Assembly (NCBI GenBank): GCA_039621445.1
Contig: CP154954.1
Span: 43,565,847 to 43,629,846 of the forward strand
DNA from: Euglena gracilis
Taxonomy: Eukaryota
Direction of reading: 5' to 3'
Length of the DNA stretch: 64,000 nucleotides
Shown here: piece after piece, positions 21,899-32,489 of the stretch
Numbering within the stretch: position 1 is the first letter of the stretch
How the letters are laid out: each line of letters begins with the position of its first letter
Translations under genes and position numbers: made by a program
Notes under the pieces: generated by a model
Seen by the model: the letters and a program-made list of their open reading frames with translations, nothing else
The model's database searches: none
What the model was told of the DNA's origin: nothing

Positions 21899-24800
21899 TC
21901 AAAAACTTGTCATGGAAACATCAATGTTATGCTTCTTGTTCCACAGCTTCCAATCTTGCTGGACATACCCAACAAAACTGGTTGCTGGCTCCCAAGTGTC
22001 CTCCTCGGGCCCGTACCCTTTCCAGCGGACCTTCCAAAGGTGCATACCTTTGTCGATTTTGTGATCGATAATTTTATCGACTACAAAGTCGTCCGTCTCA
22101 GGTAATCTGGAACGGGGTTTGAAGTGCAAACACGGGATGGGTTTCCCATCCGGTGGCGACAGGTATGGTTTGAAGTCGTCCATATGAACGTCCTCAACAC
22201 CATTCGGTAATGCAACCTTGTAACGCCCGCTGGTACCTAGTCTTTCTAGGATTTCACAGGGGCCGAGCCAGAGGGGGTCCAGCTTGGAAGACTGCATGCG
22301 AGTACGGCTATTCCGTACCCACACGCGGTCACCGGGACTATAAACAGGTGACTTGAAATTCTGCAAAAACGATTTCCGTTTTGCTGCATGAATATCAGTC
22401 ACGCGCTTCTGGACTGCAGAACGTAGATTTTCTACTTCCGCAAACCAGGTCTCGCAACTGACACTCGTTCGGGCGGGTCTCTCCGAAGGGACATCCCCTA
22501 TGGCCGGAGGGTCCCGTCCGAAAACTAATTTATAGGGGGAGTGAGGTAAAACCAACCCTGGTAGGGTATTGATATAAAACAAAGACCATGGTAGAACTGA
22601 TATCCAGTTGCTGCGCGAGTCAGCCAGTGAAAGGCGAAGCATATTCACGACGGATTTCACGGCTGCCTCGGCTCTACCATTGCCTTTGGGTCGGTATATA
22701 ATGGAAAAATGTTGCTCGATTCCGAGTAAACCGCACAAAGTGGTGAAAAACCTTGAAGAAATCAAATGGTCTTGATCACTCACGATTTCATTCGGTAAAC
22801 CCATTAAGCAAATGCATTTCTCCAAAAATATAGCTGCCAAACTTTGGGCAGTCAACCCTGACTTCTGGCATGGAATGGCTACAATGTACCCACTCAGCCT
22901 GCAGACGACAACAAAAACGTAATCGTAAATTTTGTCGTCTGTTCCTTTGCACGGTTCTAATTCCAGAAAATCCATGCAGAGGGATGTAAAAATGTCAGGG
23001 GGTACGGGGAAAAAATCCATCGTACCAGGGGGGGTACCTCTGCGGGGTTTTACCGCTTGACAAATTTGACACCGTTGCGCTATTCGCAAACAGCGTGAGT
23101 AAAGCTCTTTCTCGCTCAGGGTTGTACAGTACCTGCGGCCCACCAACGAAAGAAGTTTGGGGGCCCCAGGGTGACCATGGTTGTGATAACACAAAATCAC
23201 ATCATCAACCAGGTCCTGGGGGATACAATATTTGTAACCCGATTCATTGCGAAAAACCAACCGTAAAGGTGAAAGAGTGTAATTGTCCAGCACTTCGCCA
23301 TTACGAAGTCTGGTGACAATGGTGTCATACACCGGATCACGACTATAATCCCATTCGCGAAAGAACAGTGGGGAAGGGGACTCCGTGCGCGTAATACGCC
23401 GGGGCCCGGACGTGCTTCCACGTCGGCGCCTTCCTCGCACTGGTGCGACCAGGAATAGTTGTGAAACGGGAAAAGAATCCAAAAGATTGTCCGCAGCGTC
23501 GTTTCGACGTGCGTACTCGTCAGCTTCCTGACTTCCATGAAAAGTCGCGTCTCCCTCATCCGGGTTCCCAGGGTAATACCAAGGGGCCCGACTGAGCGGA
23601 TCCGCTACTTTTTGTGTGTGTCCAGGGGTATAAATAACCACAAGGTTGAATTGACTCAAGAACTCATGCCATCTGCATCGCCTTCCGACCGATGACATGG
23701 CCTTGTTCAAATCCTCGGTGTACCAGTGTTGGAGACTCTCATGGTCGGTCTTGACGAGGATCTGGACGAGGCTGCTGGCTACCCAGCTTCGGAATTTCTG
23801 GAGTATAAGCACGATTGCGTAGGTTTCCTTCTCGCGTATACTCCATTTGACTTGACCTTTTCCATCGTCGCCCTGTAACTTTCTGCTGAAGAAAGCCACA
23901 GGTCGGAGCTCATTCGCCGCATTATGCTGGCTAAGAACTCCGCCAACAGCATAATCGCTGCTGTCGACTTCCAACACGTATGGTTTGTACGGGTCCGCGA
24001 TTTCGAGGACAACATTCTCCAAAAGCAAAACCTTGATTTTCTCAAGGGCCTCGCGCATTTGGTCATCCCAAATGACTTTGGTATTGTCAACAGCCCGGTT
24101 TTTGAGCTGTTTGGTGAGGGGCACCGCGATTTTCGCGAAGTCCTTCATATAAATCGCGTAGTATTGGGCTAATCCCAAAAATCCTTTGAGGTGAGTAATC
24201 GTTTTGATTACCTCAGGGGTCCATTTCTTAATAGCTTCGAGTTTACTCGGAGCGGCTTTCCGCTGTCCATTGCTGAGGATGTGACCGCAAAATTTTATGA
24301 GATTCCGAAACAAATGCATTTTCGCGCCTTTCGCGAAAAGCACATGTTTTTGAAAAGCGGCTAATACCGCGCAAACATGGTGGAAATGTGTGACGAGGAT
24401 ATCCTCACTCGATTTTGCGGATGGTGGTGGTGTTCCCACCAGCACATCATCAATGTACACAATGGCAAACGGTAAATCGCGTAGAACCCATTGTATCATG
24501 CGCTGAAACATGGCTGGGCCATTCTTAACACCCATGGGGAGTACCGTCCATTGGTACACACCCTTGGATGTCACGAATGCCGTGTATGGTTGGGAGTCAG
24601 GGTGTAAGTGCATTTGGTGAAAACCGTCCTCCAGATCGAAAATTGACCACAACCGGTTTTCCGATTGTTTGGTGATCAAATCCTCGATCAGGGGGAGCGG
24701 GAAGGGATCATCCCTTGTTTGGGAGTTCAGGTACCGGTAATCCAGCACCAGCCTCCATTTCTTCTGACCTGAGGGGTCTGGGGGTTTAGGAACAACAAAT

Positions 24801-25195
24801 GCCTGGGATGTCCACTCGCTTTTCGAGGGTACTATCCACTTGCGCTGAATAAGCTTCTCAATCATTTCATTGAGAGCTTGTTCGCGTTCTCCCGAACAAC
24901 GAAAAAATTTCCGGTGCATTGGTTTGGCTCCATCCTTAAGCTCGATCTTACAAACACCGAACGGACCGCGTATCGCGGGGTCGATGTCGCACGCGTATAC
25001 TGGATTTTCCAGCACACCGTGGAATTCGCGGGTAATCCGCGAACAGAATTCGGCTGACTTAGGATGCTGACCTGCACTCTCGATGACTGCGGAAACCGCC
25101 AGGGTATCCCTGGGGCTACCGAGCTTCCTCGGCACCGCGAATTCGGACATTCCGAATGCATCGAAGAAACATACACGAAAAATGATTTCTTGCAA
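21899..25195 (-). CDS. pol: Element C pol: RT, RNase H, integrase, chromodomain
   Basis: WRLVLDYR, LPMGVKNGP, YIDD; LEVDSS, TDH, ADPLSR; HHCC finger, MDF..SDQD..GNGRAE, LWLGPC; VDKIIDH..VRWKGY..DTWEP. This stretch is uninterrupted. Confidence 0.97.
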   Translation of the reverse strand: MQEIIFRVCFFDAFGMSEFAVPRKLGSPRDTLAVSAVIESAGQHPKSAEFCSRITREFHGVLENPVYACDIDPAIRGPFGVCKIELKDGAKPMHRKFFRCSGEREQALNEMIEKLIQRKWIVPSKSEWTSQAFVVPKPPDPSGQKKWRLVLDYRYLNSQTRDDPFPLPLIEDLITKQSENRLWSIFDLEDGFHQMHLHPDSQPYTAFVTSKGVYQWTVLPMGVKNGPAMFQRMIQWVLRDLPFAIVYIDDVLVGTPPPSAKSSEDILVTHFHHVCAVLAAFQKHVLFAKGAKMHLFRNLIKFCGHILSNGQRKAAPSKLEAIKKWTPEVIKTITHLKGFLGLAQYYAIYMKDFAKIAVPLTKQLKNRAVDNTKVIWDDQMREALEKIKVLLLENVVLEIADPYKPYVLEVDSSDYAVGGVLSQHNAANELRPVAFFSRKLQGDDGKGQVKWSIREKETYAIVLILQKFRSWVASSLVQILVKTDHESLQHWYTEDLNKAMSSVGRRCRWHEFLSQFNLVVIYTPGHTQKVADPLSRAPWYYPGNPDEGDATFHGSQEADEYARRNDAADNLLDSFPVSQLFLVAPVRGRRRRGSTSGPRRITRTESPSPLFFREWDYSRDPVYDTIVTRLRNGEVLDNYTLSPLRLVFRNESGYKYCIPQDLVDDVILCYHNHGHPGAPKLLSLVGRRYCTTLSEKELYSRCLRIAQRCQICQAVKPRRGTPPGTMDFFPVPPDIFTSLCMDFLELEPCKGTDDKIYDYVFVVVCRLSGYIVAIPCQKSGLTAQSLAAIFLEKCICLMGLPNEIVSDQDHLISSRFFTTLCGLLGIEQHFSIIYRPKGNGRAEAAVKSVVNMLRLSLADSRSNWISVLPWSLFYINTLPGLVLPHSPYKLVFGRDPPAIGDVPSERPARTSVSCETWFAEVENLRSAVQKRVTDIHAAKRKSFLQNFKSPVYSPGDRVWVRNSRTRMQSSKLDPLWLGPCEILERLGTSGRYKVALPNGVEDVHMDDFKPYLSPPDGKPIPCLHFKPRSRLPETDDFVVDKIIDHKIDKGMHLWKVRWKGYGPEEDTWEPATSFVGYVQQDWKLWNKKHNIDVSMTSF

Positions 25196-25278
25196 GGGTG
25201 GTAATATTTTACCACAAACTCCTCAAAAATCGGTACATTAGTGGGTAAATCCCACCAATGAAAACATACATACGATAG

Positions 25279-26952
25279 TTAGGTGAACCATTCCGCTTCC
25301 GGAATGATGGGTATGAGAATAACTCCACGGGCTTCATCCCGCAGAATTTTCTCAACCGCACATTCGATAAGTTTTGGGGGAGGGTGCATCCATAACACCG
25401 TATCACCCCAAAATTTATCAAATGCGTTGGAGTGTTGTGACCAATGACGTGGCAAACGGGCATGTGCATTGGATGAGAAGGCATCGATTTCCAATGCCAA
25501 ATCAAAAGAATCAGCCAATGTCGCGATTTTGGAAAACCATCGTTCCAAAATGCGATATTGACCAAAATTGAAAGCATTCCATACGCGTTTCGCGTATTCA
25601 TGCACCCGTTTTCCGGGTTGAAGTGAAGAAACACAATGAATGGATCCACAAACATGCGGGCTGTCTTCCACTACCACAAGGGTTAATCCCAAGGGAGTTT
25701 GGACAGGTTGGGGGTTTCCCCATTCCGCATCAAATCCGTACCAAGTGTGATCGCGATTGTAATTAGGAATCGCGCTTTTCGCGTTTCCGAACAACGAGGC
25801 TAATCCGCGTTGTTGGAGTACTCGGTGTATCTCCGCGCATTGCGGGCTACAACCAAGTGTATCATGGGGGGTGGATTCCGTTTTCGGAATTGCGATTAGT
25901 GTCGGATTTTGAACTAAACATCCACAATCGAAATCCGATTGGGTGGAAATTCTCCTGCAGTGCACACATTGGAAGGAAGTGTAGTGGTGTGACGGGTGTG
26001 CGTGTACGTGGGTGTCGATGGCATTAGCCGGTGAGTCTTGTACAGGTGTGCCTGGATTCGGCACAACTGGTGGGAAACGGAGTGGTGGTGTAGCTGGGCG
26101 ACTACTCGACACCGTAATTACTTCAGGCCTTTGGGCTTTCGTCTTGTAACCCAGTGAAACGGCGGGGGTACCGCTACTCGCTTGCCCTGCCTCATGTGGA
26201 ACGCATGTTGGTGTGTCATTGGGCAGGGGGGAGGCTTTCTCCGTACCCCGGGTGTGGAAAACGGTTGTTGGTGTGGTGGGTAACGGTGTTGCCATTGTGG
26301 GTAACGGTGTGGGAAAAGCGGTGGTCATCATAGTGGATGACAACGGTGATGGTGGTTTGGGTGTCAATGAAGTGGTGGGTGCTGTGCGCAAACCGTGGGA
26401 GTGGCAATCCACAACCAATCGGTACTGGCGTAAAAATGGGTATCCCAAAATTACGTCAGACCCGTGAATTCCGGACTCGTAACCCCAAATATTGGTGAAA
26501 TGTTGTAATTGTGGGGGTTGTGAGTGATGCTTCGGAATGATGGGCAAGAGTATCTCGAGCACACATCCCAAATCACCACCACACATGGGGGTGTTATCCG
26601 CGGTTGTAATTTTGATCGGTTTCTTGGCGCTTACCAAGAGCGGGGTCGGTATCAACCCCAACCGAAAGAGCAGTGCAATGCGACAACCAGTGTCAATGAG
26701 AATTTTGACTTTGGTGGAGAAATTTTGAATGCGGATTTCCGCTTGGACGAGTAATTCCATTGGTGGTACGCAAAGTGAAGGGTCTGGCGGAAATACGTTT
26801 GCATGCCAGCTCTCCCATGAACCCTTTCCTACTTTGCTCAGCATTCCGAGCGGAAATGTGGAGTGGGGGGTAGGGGACCCGAAATAATTCCGGGTACTGA
26901 CCGTGAAGGCGGATGGGCAGGGGGGGTAAGGTTGATCAGGTCTTACCTCCAT
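25279..26952 (-). CDS. Element C aspartic protease followed by Dam-like domain (5' part of pol; separated from RT by one stop and a frameshift)
   Basis: ILIDTGC..DVILGYPFL; then LEIDAFSS..NAFDKFW..LWMHPPP..GVILIP..EWF. Plausible coding sequence continues past the TAA (LSYVCFHWWDLP). Confidence 0.85.
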   Translation of the reverse strand: MEVRPDQPYPPCPSAFTVSTRNYFGSPTPHSTFPLGMLSKVGKGSWESWHANVFPPDPSLCVPPMELLVQAEIRIQNFSTKVKILIDTGCRIALLFRLGLIPTPLLVSAKKPIKITTADNTPMCGGDLGCVLEILLPIIPKHHSQPPQLQHFTNIWGYESGIHGSDVILGYPFLRQYRLVVDCHSHGLRTAPTTSLTPKPPSPLSSTMMTTAFPTPLPTMATPLPTTPTTVFHTRGTEKASPLPNDTPTCVPHEAGQASSGTPAVSLGYKTKAQRPEVITVSSSRPATPPLRFPPVVPNPGTPVQDSPANAIDTHVHAHPSHHYTSFQCVHCRRISTQSDFDCGCLVQNPTLIAIPKTESTPHDTLGCSPQCAEIHRVLQQRGLASLFGNAKSAIPNYNRDHTWYGFDAEWGNPQPVQTPLGLTLVVVEDSPHVCGSIHCVSSLQPGKRVHEYAKRVWNAFNFGQYRILERWFSKIATLADSFDLALEIDAFSSNAHARLPRHWSQHSNAFDKFWGDTVLWMHPPPKLIECAVEKILRDEARGVILIPIIPEAEWFT

Positions 26953-26997
26953 CTGTTCATCAGCCCAGAGGTCCGTGCCCTCGGACCTCGGGCTCCC

Positions 26998-29900
26998 CTA
27001 CTCCAAGTCCGAACCGGCCGCATAGCCGGCAACGGACTTTTTGGTGGAATAGATGGAATTCAATGAGCGCACCGCCATTCGGGCCTCATTAAATTCCCCG
27101 TCCGAGGTCTCATCCCCCTCCCTGCCCGAAGCCGGGGTGTCCTCCTCCAAACAAGATATCTTGAAACCGACCTTTTGCCGGTTGGAGGAGTAACCACGGT
27201 CATCGCGGCGCTTACCGCGATTTCCGTAGCCGGGCCGGGGGGAACGAGATCTGGGACATTTGGATGCGTGGTGATCTTTGGAACCGCAAAGTGAACAACG
27301 GGATTTGTGGCGGGATTCCGCATAACGGGGGGAACGGTATTCCGTTCGACCGTCAAACCGTCGTGGTGAACGGGTTTCCCGTCGACCATGACCGGTGTAT
27401 CGGGTCTTCCCCGTTGACTCGCGCGAAGAGGATGATCCACTTCGCGAACGAGATCGTGAAGAATCGCGATTGAAATCCCGTTTTCGGGCAGGGGGGCCAG
27501 GTGACCGACCGCGAGAAGGACGGGTTTCCCGACCATCACGCGATGGTGACTTGGGCCTACTACCGCTAAAGCGGTTCTCCGAAGACCGTGAAACTCCCGA
27601 TTGACGTGAAAACGCCGAGGAACCCGATCCCCGTGAGGAGGTCGAGCCCCTTGGGCTTCCAATACGCTTTCGCGCATCGGGATTCGGGCATTCCCGAGAC
27701 ATGTGACCAGATTTGTTGCACAAAAAGCACAGTTTATCCGTGCCCTGGTCCGAAGAACGCTGATTCCGCGTTTTCGGTCCCGTGGTGGGTGATCTTGGTG
27801 ACATGGGTGATTTTTGCAACGCATTAACCGCACCCGCAGGGATTCCCGCGGTGGGATGCGTTTGGAAAGCGGACTGTATTTGTCCCAAAACTTGTGTGAG
27901 CTTGAGTTGCTTTGACACATAATTCCAACGTTGGGCAAGAGTCATCTCATGCCCTGCCAACTCCTCGCGATGGATATCCTTCACGAGGGATGGTGTGAAA
28001 TGCAACAAAACCGCATCGAATTGTTCGCGCATTTGCTTCTCGCTAAGTTCATCAACTTCGGAAGCAAGTGCTAACCATTTGGCATACCAAAGGTCAATGG
28101 ATTTCCATTTGCGATCCGATGGCGCGGATTGTCGCCATTTCTTTTCCAGGGTAATCCTGGTGACCAAGCTTGAGTTGGTTGAAGCGTATTGCTCAACCAG
28201 GTCATCAAATGATACGCCATTACGTATCACCAAATTGCGTGCGCGTTCTCGCTCCTCCCTCGGTAGGCAATCGATGAATTCCATCTTGACTACCTCGGGA
28301 TTCGGGTCTTGGGTGGGTCCCTTTAGTGCCCAATAGTACTCCCAGTCCCGAAAAAATTGTCTCCATGTGGTTGGATCCCCGTCCCATTGGGGCTTCACCT
28401 TGTTCGCGATTGCGATGGTGCCCTTGAAGTCTCTCTGAGTAACCCGCTGACCCTCGGTGGTATTCCAGGGGTTTGGGTCAGGGTAATTCTTAACACCAAA
28501 CGCGTTTCGCGGATTTTCCGCTCCATGTGTAACCCGTGCAGGATTTCCCGCACCAAGTGTAAGGTTGGCAGGATTTTCCTGCGGGATTTGCGAAAAATTT
28601 GGTGAAATTCTCCCGGTGGGGCGGGTTTCCCGCCGAAAACCCGATGGGTGATTCGGTAATCCAGAACCCGTTGGTGGTTGGTATGATCGCGAATGCGACA
28701 CATGACCAATACCAGGTGTGGGGTGTTGGCTCATTCCTCGTACAAGGTTGGAATGTTGAATTTCTTGGTGGAGACTCGAATTTTCGAGTGGGGGGTCAAT
28801 TTCCTCATCGGAAATGTCGTGCGAAGAGTGTGTTTGTGGTGTTGGCAAATGCAAAGGTGGTACAATTCGCGTTTTCGCGGGTGGTTGTACCAAATTCGCG
28901 GTGGATGTAGGGATTCCTACTCCGGAAATGGTAATTTGAGAACGCGATTCCGGGACATTTGGAATACCAACCGCAGCGCTTACCGCGGTGGATGGTGGCA
29001 CAACCGGTACCGGAGTGGACATTTTATCCAAACTCGCGGACAAGTCATGCACCGTTTCTTCCAAATGTTCCACCAACTGGAGTTGGCCGCAAATACGGTC
29101 AACCTCAGTCTCCAAATGCCTAATGCGTTTGCGGTAACGGGAAAAATCTTCCAAGTGTGGCAACTTTTCAGAAACCAAGTGTAATTCTTGGGCAAGATTT
29201 CCTTGGGACTCCTCCACATTCCGGAGTTGACCCGCAAGCGCTTTTACCGCATTTGAGACGGTTTGCAATTGGTGGAGTGACTTGGTGGGGGTTTCCACGG
29301 TGGTGCGCGAATTTTCCGCGGTTGGTTTTTCCAACAACGCAGAAATTCGTCCATCCAACCGAGAAACCTCATCTTGCATGGATCGGGCATTCCGATTCAC
29401 GCTTTCCTCAATTTGGAGCAAACTTGTACAAAATGCTTGCAAGGTTTCCTTGTTGTCACCAAGCACTTTGTCATAAAATGAGCGAAATTCCGGTGACTCG
29501 GATATCCGAGCACGCGAAATGGGGGGTAGTGAGCGGATTTCCGTCACTGTGGTGGACAACAAGGTGCAACGGGTTTGCAATTCCCCAATAGCGGCTTGAA
29601 TACCACTAATGTCGGGAATTCGCTTGGAAAGTGCAGAAACATGCTCCTGCAAACCGACAACGGTGGCATTAATACCGCCAATGTCCGTTTGCATTTGTTG
29701 TTGCGTAAAATCCAACCGTTGTGCGCAATCCGCGATTTTCGCGTTCAAGGTGGTTAATCCATCCTGATTTGCGGCACAATGGCAGGATTTTTGCTCCAAG
29801 TGTGAAATTCGTTCCTCCAAAAGCTGGATTTGTGTACGGGGAACAAAATTTTCTTGCACTTTCATCTGGAATTGCTTCAAGTGCTCGATTTCCGAGCCAA

Positions 29901-30651
29901 GATGCAAAATCCGTTGTTGGGCTTCTTGGAAAGAAGTGGTAAGTGCGGCAAAATGCTCAACCGCGACAAAGTTACCGATTTCCGGCATTTTGGGGGTGGC
30001 ATTTTGCGCTTGTAACTGCTGCTGCAATTGCAGTAGCATGGTTGAACAAGATTCCACTTTGGCAAAAAGATGGCTCATACCATCTTGCACGTGCAGAAAC
30101 TTGGAATCATTCCGCGTTTCCGCTTCATGCAGCATTTCGCTGATTTGTTGGAAATTTTGTGGAAGTTGGATGCGCAAAATACTGTCAACACTTTCTCGAA
30201 AATGCTGAAGGTCTTTCCCCGCATTTTCAAAATTGTGTTGGCAATATTTGCCGATTTCCTGCAAATAATTCCAGCAACATTCCAGTTTGGTGTTGACAAC
30301 CCTTTGATTGTCCTCATCGAACTGCAAAACTTTGTTGAGCATGGTTGCGCATTCCGCAACGCATTGGTGGACATGCAAAATTTGCTTGCTAAGCGGGTGA
30401 TCCGCTGGGAGTTGACCGAGAATTCGGTAAACATCACCGGGGGTGAGGTTATCCCTCAAATCTTCCTCATAGTCCTCCACAATGGAAACGGCACCAGAGA
30501 TTTCCGGTACCACCAGACGCATATCTGGGTTCCATGGCAATGCAGGGAAAACCGCAGCTTCCGCGGGTAATCCCGGCAATGCGCGAAGTGGTGTGGGGGG
30601 TGGTAATTGAGGGGGGGTTGGAAAAAACACGGTGTTTCCACCGAGTTGCAC
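26998..30651 (-). CDS. gag: Element C gag, 1217 aa, coiled-coil N-half, two CCHC zinc knuckles
   Basis: CFLCNKSGHMSREC and CSLCGSKDHHASKC; WDGDP..W..F capsid-like motif; lies upstream of protease. Confidence 0.9.
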   Translation of the reverse strand: MQLGGNTVFFPTPPQLPPPTPLRALPGLPAEAAVFPALPWNPDMRLVVPEISGAVSIVEDYEEDLRDNLTPGDVYRILGQLPADHPLSKQILHVHQCVAECATMLNKVLQFDEDNQRVVNTKLECCWNYLQEIGKYCQHNFENAGKDLQHFRESVDSILRIQLPQNFQQISEMLHEAETRNDSKFLHVQDGMSHLFAKVESCSTMLLQLQQQLQAQNATPKMPEIGNFVAVEHFAALTTSFQEAQQRILHLGSEIEHLKQFQMKVQENFVPRTQIQLLEERISHLEQKSCHCAANQDGLTTLNAKIADCAQRLDFTQQQMQTDIGGINATVVGLQEHVSALSKRIPDISGIQAAIGELQTRCTLLSTTVTEIRSLPPISRARISESPEFRSFYDKVLGDNKETLQAFCTSLLQIEESVNRNARSMQDEVSRLDGRISALLEKPTAENSRTTVETPTKSLHQLQTVSNAVKALAGQLRNVEESQGNLAQELHLVSEKLPHLEDFSRYRKRIRHLETEVDRICGQLQLVEHLEETVHDLSASLDKMSTPVPVVPPSTAVSAAVGIPNVPESRSQITISGVGIPTSTANLVQPPAKTRIVPPLHLPTPQTHSSHDISDEEIDPPLENSSLHQEIQHSNLVRGMSQHPTPGIGHVSHSRSYQPPTGSGLPNHPSGFRRETRPTGRISPNFSQIPQENPANLTLGAGNPARVTHGAENPRNAFGVKNYPDPNPWNTTEGQRVTQRDFKGTIAIANKVKPQWDGDPTTWRQFFRDWEYYWALKGPTQDPNPEVVKMEFIDCLPREERERARNLVIRNGVSFDDLVEQYASTNSSLVTRITLEKKWRQSAPSDRKWKSIDLWYAKWLALASEVDELSEKQMREQFDAVLLHFTPSLVKDIHREELAGHEMTLAQRWNYVSKQLKLTQVLGQIQSAFQTHPTAGIPAGAVNALQKSPMSPRSPTTGPKTRNQRSSDQGTDKLCFLCNKSGHMSRECPNPDARKRIGSPRGSTSSRGSGSSAFSRQSGVSRSSENRFSGSRPKSPSRDGRETRPSRGRSPGPPARKRDFNRDSSRSRSRSGSSSSRESTGKTRYTGHGRRETRSPRRFDGRTEYRSPRYAESRHKSRCSLCGSKDHHASKCPRSRSPRPGYGNRGKRRDDRGYSSNRQKVGFKISCLEEDTPASGREGDETSDGEFNEARMAVRSLNSIYSTKKSVAGYAAGSDLE

Positions 30652-31373
30652 TCCAAAAGGCCCACCGGTGCTTCCACCGGGGATCTTTTGGGTGTGAACA
30701 GAGCAAAGGGCAAATACCCCTCACTTTGTTCATGGGTAACATGAGTAACCAAGTGTGAGGGTGCAAGGGGTTCATCCCCTCGCCGCATCAATGATGGGTG
30801 AATCGGGATGGAGGAAGGCATTTTGCCACCTACATCCCGCACAATCAATGACAATGATGATGAAGAGGGTTCATTACCCCCATGCAACAATAAAGGCGTT
30901 TCGCCTTTTGACAATGACAAATGAGTCAAATTGCCTTCTTCTTGCTTGGGGGGTCGGGAATTGGAACTTGTTTCATTCAAACCGTTCCAATCCCCGCAAT
31001 CTTCATCACAATTGCTCAATGAACTCATCAACAAGTCATAATCAAATTTGGGGTTGGGGCTTGTGCTCTGCATCTTTTGAGATGGGTAAAAAGGCAAAAA
31101 CCCAAAAATTCACACAAATAAGCAGAGAAACAGGGACCAGAAAGGTTGTATCGGCGATTACCGAACAGAGCCTTCTGAGACCTGTATCCTTGCTTAAAGG
31201 TTGGCTAGGGGCCAGGAACAGTACTTTCACCGTGTTTCACGGCTCAGTACGATCCTCACCACCAGTCAACCGCAGAGTTTCTCTGTGTGGAACGTCTGTG
31301 TGGGATCGTTGCCTAAATCTGCTACCAAGTGTATTACCTGGTAGCCTTTCTTTCTGTAGGATCTTTGACCTAT

Positions 31374-31383
31374 TCTGCTACCA
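31374..31383 (-). promoter_or_regulatory. Primer binding site of C (initiator tRNA-Met type)
   Basis: TGGTAGCAGA, 2 nt after the 5' LTR on the - strand. Confidence 0.85.
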
Positions 31384-31385
31384 AG

Positions 31386-31809
31386 TGTACGTCCAAAGCT
31401 TTCCCTTTTCCCCTTTTTGGAACTTTCTGTAAAAGCCTTTCGCTTTCGCCTTGGTGCGCAGCCTACTTATGGTAGGGAAAAGTCTTTGGAGTAACGAAAA
31501 GTGGTTTTCCCCTTTTCTTCCCAATTCCCCAAGAAGCAAAGCACAAAGCAATGTCTCAGAAGTTTCTTCTGAGTTCAGTCTTGATTGTTCCGAGGGTTTT
31601 TCCCTCTGACAAAACCAATGGTGAAACTTGGAATTGATGACAGTAAAGAATACCACCTGTGGGGGAAGGAGAGAAAAGTGCTGACGTGTCCAGGGGCAGA
31701 TCCCAGAATGGTCTGCCACGATCTTACCAGCTGTGGTTCCACAGTGGTGCGACCGTCACAGAACCCACTCTGCAGATATCCTACAGAGCTGGGACGTGCC
31801 TGGTACACA
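31386..31809 (-). repeat. 5' LTR of element C
   Basis: Near-identical to 14972-15395. Confidence 0.95.
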
Positions 31810-32330
31810 CTCAGACCCCAGGTGGAAAGCGGATTACCAGGTGGACGTACTGGACTGGGACTTCAGAAAACATTTCAAACCTGGCGAATTCCACACGGTG
31901 GTTTGTGGAGTTCCCTGCACAGAATTCAGCATTGCCCTGACGACAAGACCCAGAAACCTGGAAAAGGGAGACAGCCTTGCAAAGAAAGCCCTGGAAATTG
32001 TGGAATTTCTGCAGCCGCAGAAATGGTGGTTGGAAAACCCAAGGTACGGATACCTGGGAAAACGAGATTACATGAAACCGTACCCGTACATTGACGTGGG
32101 TTACTGTCAATACACAGACTGGGGCTACAAAAAACCAACACGAATCTGGGGGAGCCCTGACATCCTGCAGGTACCAGCAAAACGGTGTGACGGAAAAACC
32201 TGCAAAAACCTGGACCCGAACGGTGGTGGTCACCTGGTGAAACTCAGCAACAAACACAACAGTCCAGCCTTCAAAAAATTCAGGATCCCAGAACAACTGA
32301 TTCAGGACCTGGCGGGGTGCCACGAACGGC
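31810..32330 (+). pseudogene. Element A C5-cytosine methyltransferase, catalytic part
   Basis: CGVPCTEFS (motif IV, catalytic PC), WWLENP (motif VI), YKKPTRIW; in frame with the downstream protease and RT. Confidence 0.88.
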
Positions 32331-32489
32331 TACGGCAAACCAGCCAAGCCCAGGCCGTGCAGCAACAACCGCTGCAGCAGCCCAGCCCTGCCCAGACTGC
32401 ACGACAAAACATGCTCTCACAGCCCAGCCCAGAACTGACAGGTCAACAGCCAAACCCAGATTCAACTGACAAAACAGAACCAGACCAAA

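Larger units (their letters stand above)
14970..31809 (-). mobile_element. Element C: 16.8-kb Ty3/Gypsy chromovirus with Dam-like domain and extra 3' ORFs
   Basis: 424-bp LTRs with 2 differences seen, TSD CTCAG (14965-14969, 31810-31814), PBS, PPT, gag and pol on the - strand. Confidence 0.95.

Noticed and set aside
31733-31809. N-terminus of the 634-aa ORF as a real start
   Set aside because: It is LTR sequence of C read through by chance; the true upstream part is 14888-14969. The same applies to the starts of ORFs 38994 and 50530.
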